The notes: generated by a model not told the origin, from the sequence alone. Shown: positions 53,218 through 63,858, numbered from the stretch's first letter. The stretch is DNA of 64,000 nt from Armatimonadota bacterium (GCA_963677485.1 OY781964.1:2368001-2432000), one strand, 5' to 3'. A program made the numbers and translations.

Positions 53218-54417
53218 ATGGCTAAGCAGAAATTTGAACGCAACAAGCCGCACATGAACATCGGAACCATCGGCCACGTGGACCATGGCAAAACCAGCCT
53301 TACCGCGGCCATCACCAAGTGCCTGGCCACGAAGGGCTTTGCAAAATACCAGGCCTACGACGCCATCGACTGCGCCCCGGAAGAGCGAGAGCGCGGAGTC
53401 ACCATCAATATCTATCATGCGGAATATGAGACCGACAAACGGCACTACGCTCACGTAGACTGCCCGGGACACGCGGACTATATTAAGAACATGATCACCG
53501 GTGCCGCCCAGATGGACGGAGCTGTGTTGGTTGTGTCTGCCGCTGACGGCCCTATGCCTCAGACTCGTGAGCACATCCTGCTCGCCCGTCAGGTAGGAGT
53601 TCCTTACATCGTCGTCTTCTTGAACAAAGAAGACCTGGTGGACGACCCCGAGCTGACAGAGCTGGTAGAGATGGAAGTTCGCGAACTTCTTTCCAAGTAT
53701 GACTTCCCCGGCGACGACATCCCCGTAATCGTGGGATCCGCCGTGAAGGTACTTGAAGGAAGCGGCGAGCAAGGCGACCCATGGGCTGACAAGATATGGA
53801 AGTTGATTGAAGCAATTGACGACTATATTCCGACCCCTGAGCGCGACACGGACAAGCCGTTCCTGATGCCCATCGAAGACGTCTTCACCATTACTGGCCG
53901 CGGCACTGTCGTGACCGGACGTGTGGAGCGCGGTGTGCTGAAGGCCGGCGAGCAGATCGAGATCGTTGGTATTAAAGAGAAGAGCATCACAACTGTTGCC
54001 ACCAGCCTCGAGATGTTCCGCAAGATCCTTGAGCGAGTAGAGAGCGGCGACAACGCCGGTATCCTGCTGCGAGGCATCGGTCGTGAATCTGTGGAGCGTG
54101 GCATGGTTTGCGCCAAGCCCGGTTCCATTAAGCCGCACACCCAGTTCCAGGGTGAAATCTACGTGCTTACAAAAGAGGAAGGCGGCCGCCATACCCCGTT
54201 CTTTGACGGGTATCGCCCGCAGTTCTATTTCCGCACCACGGACGTAACTGGCAACATGAAGCTTCCAGAAGGTGTTGAGATGATTATGCCTGGTGATCGC
54301 GTGACGATCACTGCAGACCTCATCCAGCCCATCGCTATGGAAGAGGGTCTCCGCTTCGCTGTACGCGAAGGTGGACACACTGTGGGTGCTGGCGTAGTTA
54401 CCAAGGTCATCGCCTAG
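53218..54417 (+). CDS. tuf: Elongation factor Tu
   Basis: [20 protein letters not shown]. Confidence 0.99.
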   Translation: MAKQKFERNKPHMNIGTIGHVDHGKTSLTAAITKCLATKGFAKYQAYDAIDCAPEERERGVTINIYHAEYETDKRHYAHVDCPGHADYIKNMITGAAQMDGAVLVVSAADGPMPQTREHILLARQVGVPYIVVFLNKEDLVDDPELTELVEMEVRELLSKYDFPGDDIPVIVGSAVKVLEGSGEQGDPWADKIWKLIEAIDDYIPTPERDTDKPFLMPIEDVFTITGRGTVVTGRVERGVLKAGEQIEIVGIKEKSITTVATSLEMFRKILERVESGDNAGILLRGIGRESVERGMVCAKPGSIKPHTQFQGEIYVLTKEEGGRHTPFFDGYRPQFYFRTTDVTGNMKLPEGVEMIMPGDRVTITADLIQPIAMEEGLRFAVREGGHTVGAGVVTKVIA

Positions 54418-54462
54418 GGGTTTCGCGACCCCTAGAATATCAAGGAAAGCTAGAGGCCAGTT

Positions 54463-54633
54463 ATGGCAAGCAAGAGCAAAGAAAACAGAATAATCATCAC
54501 TATGGCCTGCACAGAGTGCAAGTCACGGAACTATACAACGAGTAAGAACCGCATGAACGACAAAGAGCGGCTCCAGCTCAACAAGTATTGCCCGCGCTGC
54601 CATAAGTACCAAGGTCACCGCGAGGCGAAATAA
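54463..54633 (+). CDS. rpmG: 50S ribosomal protein L33 (Zn-binding form; absent from ORF track)
   Basis: [56 protein letters not shown]. Confidence 0.96.
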   Translation: MASKSKENRIIITMACTECKSRNYTTSKNRMNDKERLQLNKYCPRCHKYQGHREAK

Positions 54634-54676
54634 ATCACGAATTTGGCGGAGTCAGCAATGCCTCCGCCACCTACGC

Positions 54677-54752
54677 AGGGGTGTAGCTCAGTTGGTAGAG
54701 CACTGGTCTCCAAAACCAGTGGTCGGGGGTTCGAGCCCCTCCACCCCTGCCA
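54677..54752 (+). tRNA. tRNA-Trp(CCA)
   Basis: CTCCAAA loop; usual position before secE. Confidence 0.96.
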
Positions 54753-54796
54753 ATTTCCGTTTCTCACTTTCACAAGGTTAAGAGTGGACATCCTAT

Positions 54797-55072
54797 ATGG
54801 GCACTTCGAACAATGTAACCAAGCAGACCACAATCACCAAGCCCTCTGGCCGTTCAAAATCGGCTGCAGAGCTTTCCGCGGGGTTCAAGAAATTCTTCAA
54901 AGATGTGAAGACTGAACTGAAGCGCTGTGAGTGGCCGACCAAAGACCAGACGATCAGGTCTACTATCATCGTAATCGGCTTCATTCTGGTAATTAGCGCA
55001 TTCATCGGTATAATCGATGTCACGCTGTCAGCCATCACCGCAAAAATGGGGCTGTTTAAGGGAGGCACATAA
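54797..55072 (+). CDS. secE: Preprotein translocase subunit SecE
   Basis: FFKDVKTELKRCEWP plus one TM segment; synteny. Confidence 0.93.
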   Translation: MGTSNNVTKQTTITKPSGRSKSAAELSAGFKKFFKDVKTELKRCEWPTKDQTIRSTIIVIGFILVISAFIGIIDVTLSAITAKMGLFKGGT

Positions 55073-55074
55073 GT

Positions 55075-55602
55075 ATGCCAAAACATTGGTATGCTGTCCA
55101 CACCTTTGCCGGCTACGAAAACAAGGTAAAGACCTCCGTTGAGCACATGGGTGCTGCCAAAGGGTTATCGAGCTATATCTATCGGATAGAAATACCGACG
55201 GAGCAAGAGGTTCGTACCCGAAATGGCAAGAAATACAATGTCCAAAAGAAGCTTTTCCCTGGTTACATCCTAATCGAAATGGACCTGACAGATGAGACAT
55301 GGCATTTGATCAGGAGCATTCAAGGTGTAACCGGCTTCGTCACTTCAGGAGACAAACCCGTACCTCTGCAAGACGCCGAAATCGCGAGTATACTCGAAAT
55401 TGTCGACGGCCCGCAGGTGCGTGTCAAAGTCTCTTGGCAAGTGGGCGAAAATATCCGCGTGGTCACTGGACCATTCACCGACTTCCACGGAACGATCGAT
55501 GATGTGATGGCAGAACGCGACAAACTACGAGTGCTTATCTCACTTTTTGGACGAGATACTCCCGTAGAACTCGACTTTAACCAAGTTGAGAAAATAGTAT
55601 AA
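55075..55602 (+). CDS. nusG: Transcription factor NusG
   Basis: WYAVHTFAGYE, FPGY, KOW GPF, FGRDTPVEL. Confidence 0.97.
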   Translation: MPKHWYAVHTFAGYENKVKTSVEHMGAAKGLSSYIYRIEIPTEQEVRTRNGKKYNVQKKLFPGYILIEMDLTDETWHLIRSIQGVTGFVTSGDKPVPLQDAEIASILEIVDGPQVRVKVSWQVGENIRVVTGPFTDFHGTIDDVMAERDKLRVLISLFGRDTPVELDFNQVEKIV

Positions 55603-55629
55603 CCGCAGCCTTTCAAGGAGTACACGGCT

Positions 55630-56055
55630 TTGGCAAAGAAAATCATGGGCGTAGTAAAGCTACAAATCGCCGGCGGCAAGGCTACACCAGCCCCCCCGGT
55701 TGGCCCCGCCCTCGGTCAATATGGTATCAATATGATGGAGTTCATCAAGTCTTACAATGAGAAGACTGCTGCTCAGGTAGGCTCCGTCGTACCGGTGGAA
55801 ATCACCATCTTTGAGGATCGCTCTTTCACATTCGTACTGAAGACCCCTCCGGCCTCCGAACTGATTAAGAAAGCAGCAGGAGTTCCTAAGGGCTCTGGCG
55901 TTCCCAACAAGGAAAAAGTGGGCAAACTGACCCGCGAACAGGTTCAGCAGATTGCTGAAACCAAAATGCCTGACCTCAACGCATATGACATTGAGGCCGC
56001 TATGCTTATCATCGCCGGCACCGCCCGCTCCATGGGCATCGTCGTCGAAGGGTAA
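55630..56055 (+). CDS. rplK: 50S ribosomal protein L11
   Basis: [19 protein letters not shown]. Confidence 0.98.
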   Translation: MAKKIMGVVKLQIAGGKATPAPPVGPALGQYGINMMEFIKSYNEKTAAQVGSVVPVEITIFEDRSFTFVLKTPPASELIKKAAGVPKGSGVPNKEKVGKLTREQVQQIAETKMPDLNAYDIEAAMLIIAGTARSMGIVVEG

Positions 56056-56101
56056 TCACACTAAGTTTTTTGACAGTTCACCCGCGGTTGATAACCGCAC
56101 A

Positions 56102-56129
56102 GTGGGAGGACATCGTCCGACTGAACCAC
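56102..56129 (+). promoter_or_regulatory. Putative L1-binding autoregulatory leader
   Basis: GTGGGAG-hairpin(GGAC/GTCC)-GAACCAC immediately before the rplA RBS. Confidence 0.6.
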
Positions 56130-56142
56130 AGGAGATAGCACA

Positions 56143-56853
56143 TTGGCTACACACGGAAAAAGATACACTGAACAGGCTGCCAAGGTAGACGAAACAAAGA
56201 GCTACGGGGTAGTGGAAGCATTTGAACTGCTGATTGAACTAAGCAAAGCCGGTTTCGATCAGACAATTGACCTGGCTGTGAACCTGGGCGTTGACCCACG
56301 GCACGGCGAACAGATGGTGCGCGGCACCACCAACCTGCCTAACGGAACCGGTAAAACGGTGAAGGTGGCTGTATTTGCACGCGGCGACAACGCTGTGGCG
56401 GCTGAAGAGGCTGGAGCCGACACGGTTGGCGCAGAGGACTTGATTGCGAAGATTCAAGAGGGCTGGAGAGATTTCGACACCCTCGTGGCTACGCCAGACC
56501 TGATCCCTCAGGTGGCGAAACTTGGACGCCTGCTTGGCCCCAAGATGCCTAACGCTAAGTCCGGCACCGTCACCACCAAGGTTGGCGAAGTTGTTACCGA
56601 CCTGAAGAAGAGCCGCCGCGTGGGATTCCGCGTGGAGAAGGCCGGTATCGTGCATATGCCCATCGGCAAAGTGAGCTTCGGCTCCGTGCAGTTGATAGCT
56701 AACTTCCGAGCTGCCATCAACGCGCTGCTGAAGGCCAAGCCCACCACCGCGAAGGGCCGCTACGTTAAGCACATCACCATTTCGGCTTCGATGGGCCCTG
56801 GCATCAACATTGATGCCCTTGAGGCCGCTAAGGTTGTGGACGTCACCGCTTAG
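56143..56853 (+). CDS. rplA: 50S ribosomal protein L1
   Basis: LGVDPRH, VRGT, GTGK, LGPKMPNAKSGT, SMGPG. Confidence 0.98.
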   Translation: MATHGKRYTEQAAKVDETKSYGVVEAFELLIELSKAGFDQTIDLAVNLGVDPRHGEQMVRGTTNLPNGTGKTVKVAVFARGDNAVAAEEAGADTVGAEDLIAKIQEGWRDFDTLVATPDLIPQVAKLGRLLGPKMPNAKSGTVTTKVGEVVTDLKKSRRVGFRVEKAGIVHMPIGKVSFGSVQLIANFRAAINALLKAKPTTAKGRYVKHITISASMGPGINIDALEAAKVVDVTA

Positions 56854-56870
56854 TTGCGGCGGCTCCATTC

Positions 56871-56947
56871 GGGCGATTAGCTCAGTTGGTTAGAGCGCTA
56901 CATTGACATTGTAGAGGTCACTGGTTCAAGTCCAGCATTGCCCACCA
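56871..56947 (+). tRNA. tRNA-Val(GAC)
   Basis: TTGACAT loop; CCA end; A-C mismatch at base of T-stem. Confidence 0.93.
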
Positions 56948-56951
56948 TGTC

Positions 56952-57000
56952 AAACGGACAATGGATACAGGAGAAATCCTGCCCATTGTCCGTTTTTGTT
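56952..57000 (+). terminator. Intrinsic terminator
   Basis: AAACGGACAATGG/CCATTGTCCGTTT stem plus T-tract. Confidence 0.8.
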
Positions 57001-57203
57001 ACGTAGGGGCGGGGTCACCCCGCCCATATTCTCAATTTCACGGTTAACCTGTGAATCAGACGGATCAGTCGGATCCGGCGGATCCTTTCACGCGAAGACG
57101 CGAAGGGATTGGCGCGGTTTATCGTCTGGTTCAGAGCACAACAATAGCAACACCCGCCAGTGTATGAACGGCAGCCCAGGCTGTAACTGATGATGTCGGT
57201 AAA

Positions 57204-57396
57204 TAGCCACGGGTTCAGTCACCCCACGCGACTGGCGTCCCTAAGGGGTTTCCTCACCGCGTGGCTGATCATTAGCGGCCGGCGTCGCTCCGCTCCGGCC
57301 GGCGCAGGGAGCATCCCAGCGTCCGCTTCAGCGGACTGCCAGATGATAAGCGACGGGTGACGAGGCCTGCTTTAGCTGGCTGATGGAACCCGTCGC
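57204..57396. repeat. Structured element, copy 3
   Basis: Colinear with 9895-10092 with compensatory stem changes. Confidence 0.65.
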
Positions 57397-57649
57397 AGTT
57401 AAGCAACATAACCTTTATAACGACCAGATACTTACAAAGCGGGGGTCACCAGACCGTGTTTCAAACGCCTTCGAACAGTCCACATGAGCAGAACCTACCC
57501 GGAATTGCTAGATAGCACCTAATAATAGGTATATACTAATAACATACTGCCTGACTTCGCGGCATGCCGACCCACATCTGACGCGGAATACCGCCATCAT
57601 CTAGATATTCGGCATTCATATTCTTACAGCTCATTGCTGAGGTAAAGCT

Positions 57650-59158
57650 ATGAACACAGTTGTCAGTAACACAAACAGACGGTTCGTTCTCCACATCTCA
57701 CCCGATGCGCTCCAAGATGACCCTGAGCTGCTGGAACTGATCAAAGCGGCTGGGGTGGACGAAGTGGCGATTTCGGGCTTCCTATATGGCCACTGGACCT
57801 TCAAACCGGAAGTCACCTCCTATTGGATGCATCAGGCGCAGACCGTCGGTCTTGAGGCGAGCGTCGTCAACGCTCCTCTGGGCCATCCCGGCGACGCCAT
57901 GGGTTCGCAGACCGGCAGCGTGCCGCTGGCTCCCCCCAAACACTGGAAGAAGTATGTCACCATCGACGGTGAGCAGTTGACAGGCACCTCGCTGCATGAG
58001 CCCGCCACAGAAGAAAATGTAACTGCGATCCAGCGTATCCTGCCCCTCAAGCCGAAAATCATCTGGATGGACGATGACTTGCGGCTGGCCAGCACCCCGG
58101 GGATGGTAGGCGGATGCTTCTGCGCGGAGCATAAGCGGATGTTCCTTCGCCAACACGCTTTCGGGGAAAGCAAGTGGAATGAGCTTCTGGATGCCATCCA
58201 TGCGCGCCGCATGTGTCCGGTGCTGAAGCACTGGGTGGATATGCAGTGCGATCTGCTGACCGCCTGTTTCCGAACACAGCAAAAGGCCGCCGGGCATGTG
58301 CCTGTGGGCAACATGATCATGAGGCTGGGCAGTGAGAAGGCCGGTATCCGGCTTAAGGACTACGCAAACAGCCCCTTCCGGATCGGTGAGGAGCACTTCA
58401 ACGATGACTCTTTCGGCCCCGTGAAAGGCAAGACCGAGGAGCTGTACAGCGCACTGTTCCACCGCCGGTATGCTAAACCTCACCTGGCCTACAGTGAGAC
58501 CACGGCTTATCCCGCCGACCATCTCTCTGCCGCGAATATGGCTGCGAAACTCTGCATTACCACAATCGCCGACGTGTGCAACACGATGTTCCAGAGCGGT
58601 ATGACCGCTTTCCCGCGCACGCACTGGCAGACACTGGCTCCCGCGATGAAAGAGCAGGCGGCGACCCATGCGAAAATCGCCGGCGCGAAACTGCAGGGGC
58701 CACTGAAGCACTATTTTGGAACCAACAGCCGTTATGTTGGCCACGACGATCCCTATACCTTCTTCTTGGCCATGGGCATCCCGTTTGAGGTTTGCGACAG
58801 TGCGCCGAAAGGCGGATGGGTCTTCGTTTCGACACCCGATGTTCCGTTGGCTAAAGAGATCGGCAGCAAAGGTGCCACGCTCATCTGCCGCCCTGATGCC
58901 GTTGCACCCGGTCTCCGAGCGGTGCCCGAAAGCCTGCCTGAGTTGATGGCGCTGAAGCACGAAATCATTGAAAAGATGGGTTTAGTGCCCTATGTGCTGC
59001 AAGATCTACCCGTGGTCTGCGCCTGGTATCCTGAGATACATAAGGTGCTGCTCTGGAACCTGACCGAACAGCGTCAGGAGCTCACGCTGGTATACGGCGA
59101 GCTCCGCCGCAATCTGTCGGTCGATGCTCTTGGCACGGCTTTGCTGGAGGATGTGTAA
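57650..59158 (+). CDS. Hypothetical protein, putative glycoside-hydrolase-like TIM barrel, paralog 1
   Basis: PLGHPG, WMDDDLRL, GGCFC..H, YSETTAYP. Confidence 0.55.
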   Translation: MNTVVSNTNRRFVLHISPDALQDDPELLELIKAAGVDEVAISGFLYGHWTFKPEVTSYWMHQAQTVGLEASVVNAPLGHPGDAMGSQTGSVPLAPPKHWKKYVTIDGEQLTGTSLHEPATEENVTAIQRILPLKPKIIWMDDDLRLASTPGMVGGCFCAEHKRMFLRQHAFGESKWNELLDAIHARRMCPVLKHWVDMQCDLLTACFRTQQKAAGHVPVGNMIMRLGSEKAGIRLKDYANSPFRIGEEHFNDDSFGPVKGKTEELYSALFHRRYAKPHLAYSETTAYPADHLSAANMAAKLCITTIADVCNTMFQSGMTAFPRTHWQTLAPAMKEQAATHAKIAGAKLQGPLKHYFGTNSRYVGHDDPYTFFLAMGIPFEVCDSAPKGGWVFVSTPDVPLAKEIGSKGATLICRPDAVAPGLRAVPESLPELMALKHEIIEKMGLVPYVLQDLPVVCAWYPEIHKVLLWNLTEQRQELTLVYGELRRNLSVDALGTALLEDV

Positions 59159-59212
59159 CTCTTCCAGCGTGTAAATCCTGCATCTCGATGAATATATACG
59201 TGAGGTATTATC

Positions 59213-60721
59213 ATGGCCATTAGTCAACCGAAATCCGTTCGCCGGTATGTTCTCAGCATCTCGCCGGATGCGCTTCAGGAGGACCCTGGTCTGCTGTCGC
59301 TGGTGAAATCGGCGGGAGTCGACGAGGTGGCGATCACCGGATTTCTGTACGGATACTGGTATTACCCGCCGGAACTGACCCAGCACTGGTGCCAACAGGC
59401 CCATTCAGCGGGATTGAAGAGCAGCATCATCAACGTGCCGCTGGGTCACCCTGGCGATTCGCTGGGTGCGAAGTCTGGCGCGGTACCCCTGGGTCCACCC
59501 AGCCATTGGAGCATGTGTACGTTGGTTGATGGCTCAAGGTGCTCCGGCACTTCGCTGCACGCCCCCGCCACCGAGGAAAATGTGGCGGCTGTCAAGAAGC
59601 TGGTGCCATTCAAGCCGGAGGTATTATGGCTGGATGACGACTTCCGGCTGGCCCGATCGCCCGGTATGATCGGCGGGTGCTTTTGCGAGGATCACAAGCG
59701 GATGTTCCTTACGAAGCATGGATACGGTGAGTCCCAGTGGGCGGAGTTACTTGATGCGGTGAAGTCGCGAAGGCTATGCGCCCTACTGACTCAGTGGGTG
59801 GATATGCAGGGCGATCTGCTGACCGCGTGTTTCCGCGCCCAGCAGAAGGCGGCAGGCCGTATCCCCATGGGCAACATGATCATGTACCTGGGCTGCGAAA
59901 AAGCGGGTCTGCGCTTGAAGGACTACGCGAACAGCCCGTTCCGTGTGGGTGAATCGCAGTTCAGCGATGGCTCTATGGGCACCGTCAAGGGCAAGATGGA
60001 CGAGTTGTTCAGCGTGCTGTTCCATCGTCGGTATGCGAAACCGCATCTGGCCTACAGTGAAAGCACCGCCTACCCGGCCGACCAGCTTTCGGCACCGAAC
60101 CTGGCCGCTAAGCTGTGCATCAGCACCATCGCGGACGTGCGCAACACGATGTTCATGAGTGGTCTGACACCTTTTCCACGCACGCACTGGCAGACCCTGG
60201 CCCCGGCCATGAAGAAACAGGCCCAGACACACGCCGAAATCGCCGGAGCCAAACCGCAAGGGCCCTTGAAGCACTACTTCGGCACGGGAAGCCGGTATGT
60301 GGGCGATGACAACCCGTTCAGTATGTTCCTGGCGATGGGCATCCCGTTTGAGGTTTGCGACAAGCCGCCCGTCGGCGGTTATACCTTCCTGGGAAACAGC
60401 GACACCCCGCAGGCGAAGGAGATCGGCAGCCGAGGTTCAACGCTCCTCTGCCGGCCAGAAGCCGTCACGCCCGGGTGCCGCGCCGTGGCCGAGAGCCTGC
60501 CTGAGCTGATGGCTTTAAAGCACGAGATCGTCGCCAAGATGGGCGCGGTGCCGTATGTGCTGCAGGACATCCCGGTGGTGTGTGCCTGGTATAAAGAGAT
60601 CCACAAGCTATTGCTCTGGAATCTGACCGAGGAGCGGCAGCATCTCACGCTGGTCTACGGCAGCACTCGCCAAAACGCCACCGTCGACGCCCTCGGCACC
60701 ACCTTGGTGGATTACGTGTAG
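59213..60721 (+). CDS. Same family, paralog 2
   Basis: Colinear, 502 aa; GAGG RBS. Confidence 0.55.
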   Translation: MAISQPKSVRRYVLSISPDALQEDPGLLSLVKSAGVDEVAITGFLYGYWYYPPELTQHWCQQAHSAGLKSSIINVPLGHPGDSLGAKSGAVPLGPPSHWSMCTLVDGSRCSGTSLHAPATEENVAAVKKLVPFKPEVLWLDDDFRLARSPGMIGGCFCEDHKRMFLTKHGYGESQWAELLDAVKSRRLCALLTQWVDMQGDLLTACFRAQQKAAGRIPMGNMIMYLGCEKAGLRLKDYANSPFRVGESQFSDGSMGTVKGKMDELFSVLFHRRYAKPHLAYSESTAYPADQLSAPNLAAKLCISTIADVRNTMFMSGLTPFPRTHWQTLAPAMKKQAQTHAEIAGAKPQGPLKHYFGTGSRYVGDDNPFSMFLAMGIPFEVCDKPPVGGYTFLGNSDTPQAKEIGSRGSTLLCRPEAVTPGCRAVAESLPELMALKHEIVAKMGAVPYVLQDIPVVCAWYKEIHKLLLWNLTEERQHLTLVYGSTRQNATVDALGTTLVDYV

Positions 60722-60729
60722 CGGGAACA

Positions 60730-60846
60730 CAACCACGAATGGATACTAATCTACGAACTGGCCTTCCCTATTCGTGGTAATTCGTGTGCATTCGTGGTTC
60801 ATGGATCCGGAATTTTAACCACTAATGAACACGAATGGACACGAAT
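60730..60846. repeat. CACGAAT-type short repeats in both orientations
   Basis: CCACGAATGGATACTAAT, ATTCGTG x3, CACGAATGGACACGAAT. Confidence 0.65.
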
Positions 60847-60852
60847 AAAATC

Positions 60853-62355
60853 ATGCCAACGAATCAAAGTAAAGCTGTTCGCCGTTATGTGTTAAGCGTC
60901 TCTCCGGATGCCCTCAGGAATGACCCAGAACTACTTTCGCTGTTGAAGGCGTCAGGGCTTGACGAGGTCGCCATCACCGGCTACCTTTATGGACACTGGT
61001 CATACACTCCGGAGATCACCTCCCACTGGATGCAAGAGGCGCATAAAGTGGGGCTGGAGACCAGCATCGTTAATGTTCCGTTGGGACATCCAGGCGGACC
61101 ATTGTATGCGGAGTCAAGCGACACAGCATCCAAACTCTGGAAGAACTATACAAATGAAGAGGGTGTGCGGATGTCAGGCACCTCGATTCACCCTCCAGCG
61201 ACGGAAGAGAATGTGCATGCGATCAATCGTCTGAAAGCATTCAATCCGACGGTGATCTGGCTAGATGACGACTTTCGGCTCGCACGATCTCCGGGGATTA
61301 TCGGTGGATGCTTCTGTCCAGACCATAAACGGATGTTTCTTCAGAAACACGGCTATGGTGAAAGGCAGTGGAATGAGCTGCTGAATGCTGTTAAAGCGCG
61401 CCAGCTTTGCCCTGTGTTGAGGAATTGGGTTGAGATGCAGTGCGATCTGCTGACCGCCTGCTTCCATACACTCCAAAAGGCTGCCGGGCGCGTACCTGTA
61501 GGCAATATGATCATGAATATGGGCTGCGAAAAGGCAGGCATTCGTCTCAAGGATTACGCCAACAGCCCCTTCCGCGTGGGTGAAGAGCACTTTGACGATC
61601 GGTCGTTTGGTGGTGTGAAGGCTAAAACACAGGAGCTATTCAGCGTGTTGTTCCATCGCCGATTCGCCAAACCGCATCTGGCTTATAGCGAAACCACCGC
61701 AGCGCCGGAAGACCAACTTAGCGCGGCCAATATGGCCGCCAAGTTGTGCATCAGCACAATTGCTGATGTGCGCAACACCATGTACATGAGCGGTCTGACC
61801 GCTTTTCCGCGAACCCACTGGCAAACACTGGCGCCGGCCATGAAGGTGCAATCCGAAATTCACGCCAGGATCGCTGGAGCCAAATTGCAGGGACCACTAA
61901 AACACGTCTTCGGAATCGGAAGTCGTTATGTAGGAGACGACAACCCATATACCCTCTTTCTGGCGATGGGGATTCCCTTTGAGGTTTGTGACAGCGCGCC
62001 AAAAGGTGGCTGGGCCTTCCTGGGCAATTCCGATCTTCCCCAGGCGAAAGAGATTGGCGGTAAAGGAGCGACGCTCATCTGCCGACCTGGCCCCGCAGTG
62101 CCGTCATTGTGCCGGGCTGTTCCCGAAAGCCTGCCCGAGCTGATGGCTTTGAAGCACGAGATCGTCGCCAAGATGGGTGCGGTACCGTATGTGCTGCAAG
62201 ACATCCCTGTGGTGTGCGCCTGGTATAAGGAGATCCACAAAGTGCTGTTCTGGAACCTGACCGAAGAGCAGCAGTATTTCACGCTGGTCTACGGCAGCAC
62301 CCGCCAAAACGCCACCCTCGACCCCCTCGGCACCACGCTGCTGGAGAATGTGTAG
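60853..62355 (+). CDS. Same family, paralog 3
   Basis: Start 60853 (MPTNQSK) aligns with the paralogs. Confidence 0.55.
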   Translation: MPTNQSKAVRRYVLSVSPDALRNDPELLSLLKASGLDEVAITGYLYGHWSYTPEITSHWMQEAHKVGLETSIVNVPLGHPGGPLYAESSDTASKLWKNYTNEEGVRMSGTSIHPPATEENVHAINRLKAFNPTVIWLDDDFRLARSPGIIGGCFCPDHKRMFLQKHGYGERQWNELLNAVKARQLCPVLRNWVEMQCDLLTACFHTLQKAAGRVPVGNMIMNMGCEKAGIRLKDYANSPFRVGEEHFDDRSFGGVKAKTQELFSVLFHRRFAKPHLAYSETTAAPEDQLSAANMAAKLCISTIADVRNTMYMSGLTAFPRTHWQTLAPAMKVQSEIHARIAGAKLQGPLKHVFGIGSRYVGDDNPYTLFLAMGIPFEVCDSAPKGGWAFLGNSDLPQAKEIGGKGATLICRPGPAVPSLCRAVPESLPELMALKHEIVAKMGAVPYVLQDIPVVCAWYKEIHKVLFWNLTEEQQYFTLVYGSTRQNATLDPLGTTLLENV

Positions 62356-62404
62356 GGGATACTTAACCACGAATAGACTAGCCAGACCGCATGTGTATTT
62401 CGTC

Positions 62405-62520
62405 TGAACCACGGATTACACGGATGACACAGATTACACGGATGGGATGATCGGCAAACAGCGCTAGAGGCGAAACCGACGCTGTCATTTCTCTTCGCGC
62501 CTTCGCGTCTTCGCGTGAAA
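62405..62520. repeat. CACGGATTA tandem and TTCGCGTCTTCGCGTGA repeats
   Basis: Same units at 27845, 2189, 2340, 57088. Confidence 0.7.
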
Positions 62521-62604
62521 GTGTTGGTAGCTCCCATAAAACAAAGCAACCCCCGCAGCGGGGATGCTGCGGGGGTGACTCACCTGAAGAGGAACAGGAA
62601 CGGC

Positions 62605-63501
62605 CTACAGCCCTTTTTCCAGCGTGACATGCAACTGCGCCCACACACGTGAACCAGCCGATGTCGGCGCATAGGCGGCTTGCAGAGAGACGCCTTTCGA
62701 AAGTGCGATATCGGCTCCATATGTGGTCGAACGCCATCGGCCGTTGAAGCCGGATGCGTCATTCCATGCGTTGTAGACGATGAACGGGGTGACTTTATTG
62801 AACCCCTCGTAGCTGATCTTGTTCATGCTACACCAGAAGTCACCGCTGCCAGTCGCTTGAAAGGCCTCACCCACCAGCTTGAATTTCTTCTTGCTGATCG
62901 TGTAGTCCAGGCCATAACCAGTATCATGTGGGCTGTTGTAGGACCAGCCTTTGCCGCCGGCCACACTCACTCCCAAATCCACACCATCTGCGACGGTTTT
63001 TCCCACACGCAGATAGCTGTTGGTGGAGTCCGAATCCTTGTTGTCGTTATAAACTACCGCGCCGGTGACGTTGGTGGTACCTTTCGCCCACTTCACCATA
63101 ACGCCGGGCTTGGTTTCCCATTCCCAATCTTGAAACGCAAACGGTATCCAAAACTTTCCGGCTGTGACAGTGAAGTCACCAGACTGCTTGGATACATAGA
63201 GTTCAGGCATACGGTCCAGGTCATTCGGCTTATACTGGTTCATATCGCCGATGCCGTAAGACGCCTTGGCTGTCAGTCCGTTGCCGAAATCCGCTGTCAA
63301 ATAGACAGTGCTGGGTAGAGCCATGGCGTTAGCAGGACCTGCAGCGGCCCAGATTCCATCGTTGAAATCGCGTTGACCATCTATGTCGGAGGTGCCAATG
63401 TAGGCGTCGATGCCCGCGTTGATTTTAGGAGCCTCTGCATTTGCGACGGCAGCCGTGATGAGCAAGACCGCCACTGCAGGAGCAAGTATTCGCGTTGACA
63501 T
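62605..63501 (-). CDS. Putative outer-membrane beta-barrel protein
   Basis: Signal peptide; AGKFWIPF; alternating aromatic beta strands; AGGAGG RBS; downstream hairpin 62549-62577. Confidence 0.7.
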   Translation of the reverse strand: MSTRILAPAVAVLLITAAVANAEAPKINAGIDAYIGTSDIDGQRDFNDGIWAAAGPANAMALPSTVYLTADFGNGLTAKASYGIGDMNQYKPNDLDRMPELYVSKQSGDFTVTAGKFWIPFAFQDWEWETKPGVMVKWAKGTTNVTGAVVYNDNKDSDSTNSYLRVGKTVADGVDLGVSVAGGKGWSYNSPHDTGYGLDYTISKKKFKLVGEAFQATGSGDFWCSMNKISYEGFNKVTPFIVYNAWNDASGFNGRWRSTTYGADIALSKGVSLQAAYAPTSAGSRVWAQLHVTLEKGL

Positions 63502-63656
63502 GTCGGTAACCTCCTAGAAAGTAAGAGGCACGGCAACTTTGCAGCTGCCGTGCCTTCTGTGTTTATTGTAACCTAAAATAGCGTTTGATGGAAGGGGTGC
63601 GTTTCACGACGATCTATGGCACAGACACAGTTGTTTACCTCCCAACTAGAATCTTG

Positions 63657-63665
63657 TGGTATAAT
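63657..63665 (+). promoter_or_regulatory. Extended -10 promoter for rplJ
   Basis: TGGTATAAT about 20 nt before the L10 leader. Confidence 0.55.
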
Positions 63666-63685
63666 TCCCTTGGTGTTTCCGTTCA

Positions 63686-63810
63686 CCGCAGACAGCAGGG
63701 GTCCGAAAGGCTGAAATCTCCTGCCGAGGCGAACTCATGACCGAATATTTTCGCATCCGCGCGATCACAATATCGGGGGTTTCGCTTCTCTAGCGAAGCC
63801 CCTTTCGCTT
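63686..63810 (+). promoter_or_regulatory. L10 leader RNA
   Basis: CCGCAGACAGCAGG...GAAAT..CCTGCCGAGG core, then GGGGGTTTCGC/GCGAAGCCCCT hairpin. Confidence 0.8.
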
Positions 63811-63858
63811 TCTCGCCTTCTGCTCGGACACCAACATAGCAAAGGAGGTGGATGCTTC

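Noticed and set aside
53182-54378. Long antisense ORFs (also 29817-31577, 3848-4924, 57782-58960)
   Set aside because: Shadows of well-supported genes on the opposite strand
60835-60852. Extended starts from the ORF track (60835, 22186, 5899, 2419, 51570, 41371)
   Set aside because: They arise from repeats or overlaps; RBS position and paralog alignment support downstream starts
56871-63660. Active integrative element at tRNA-Val
   Set aside because: No integrase and no duplicated tRNA 3' end seen
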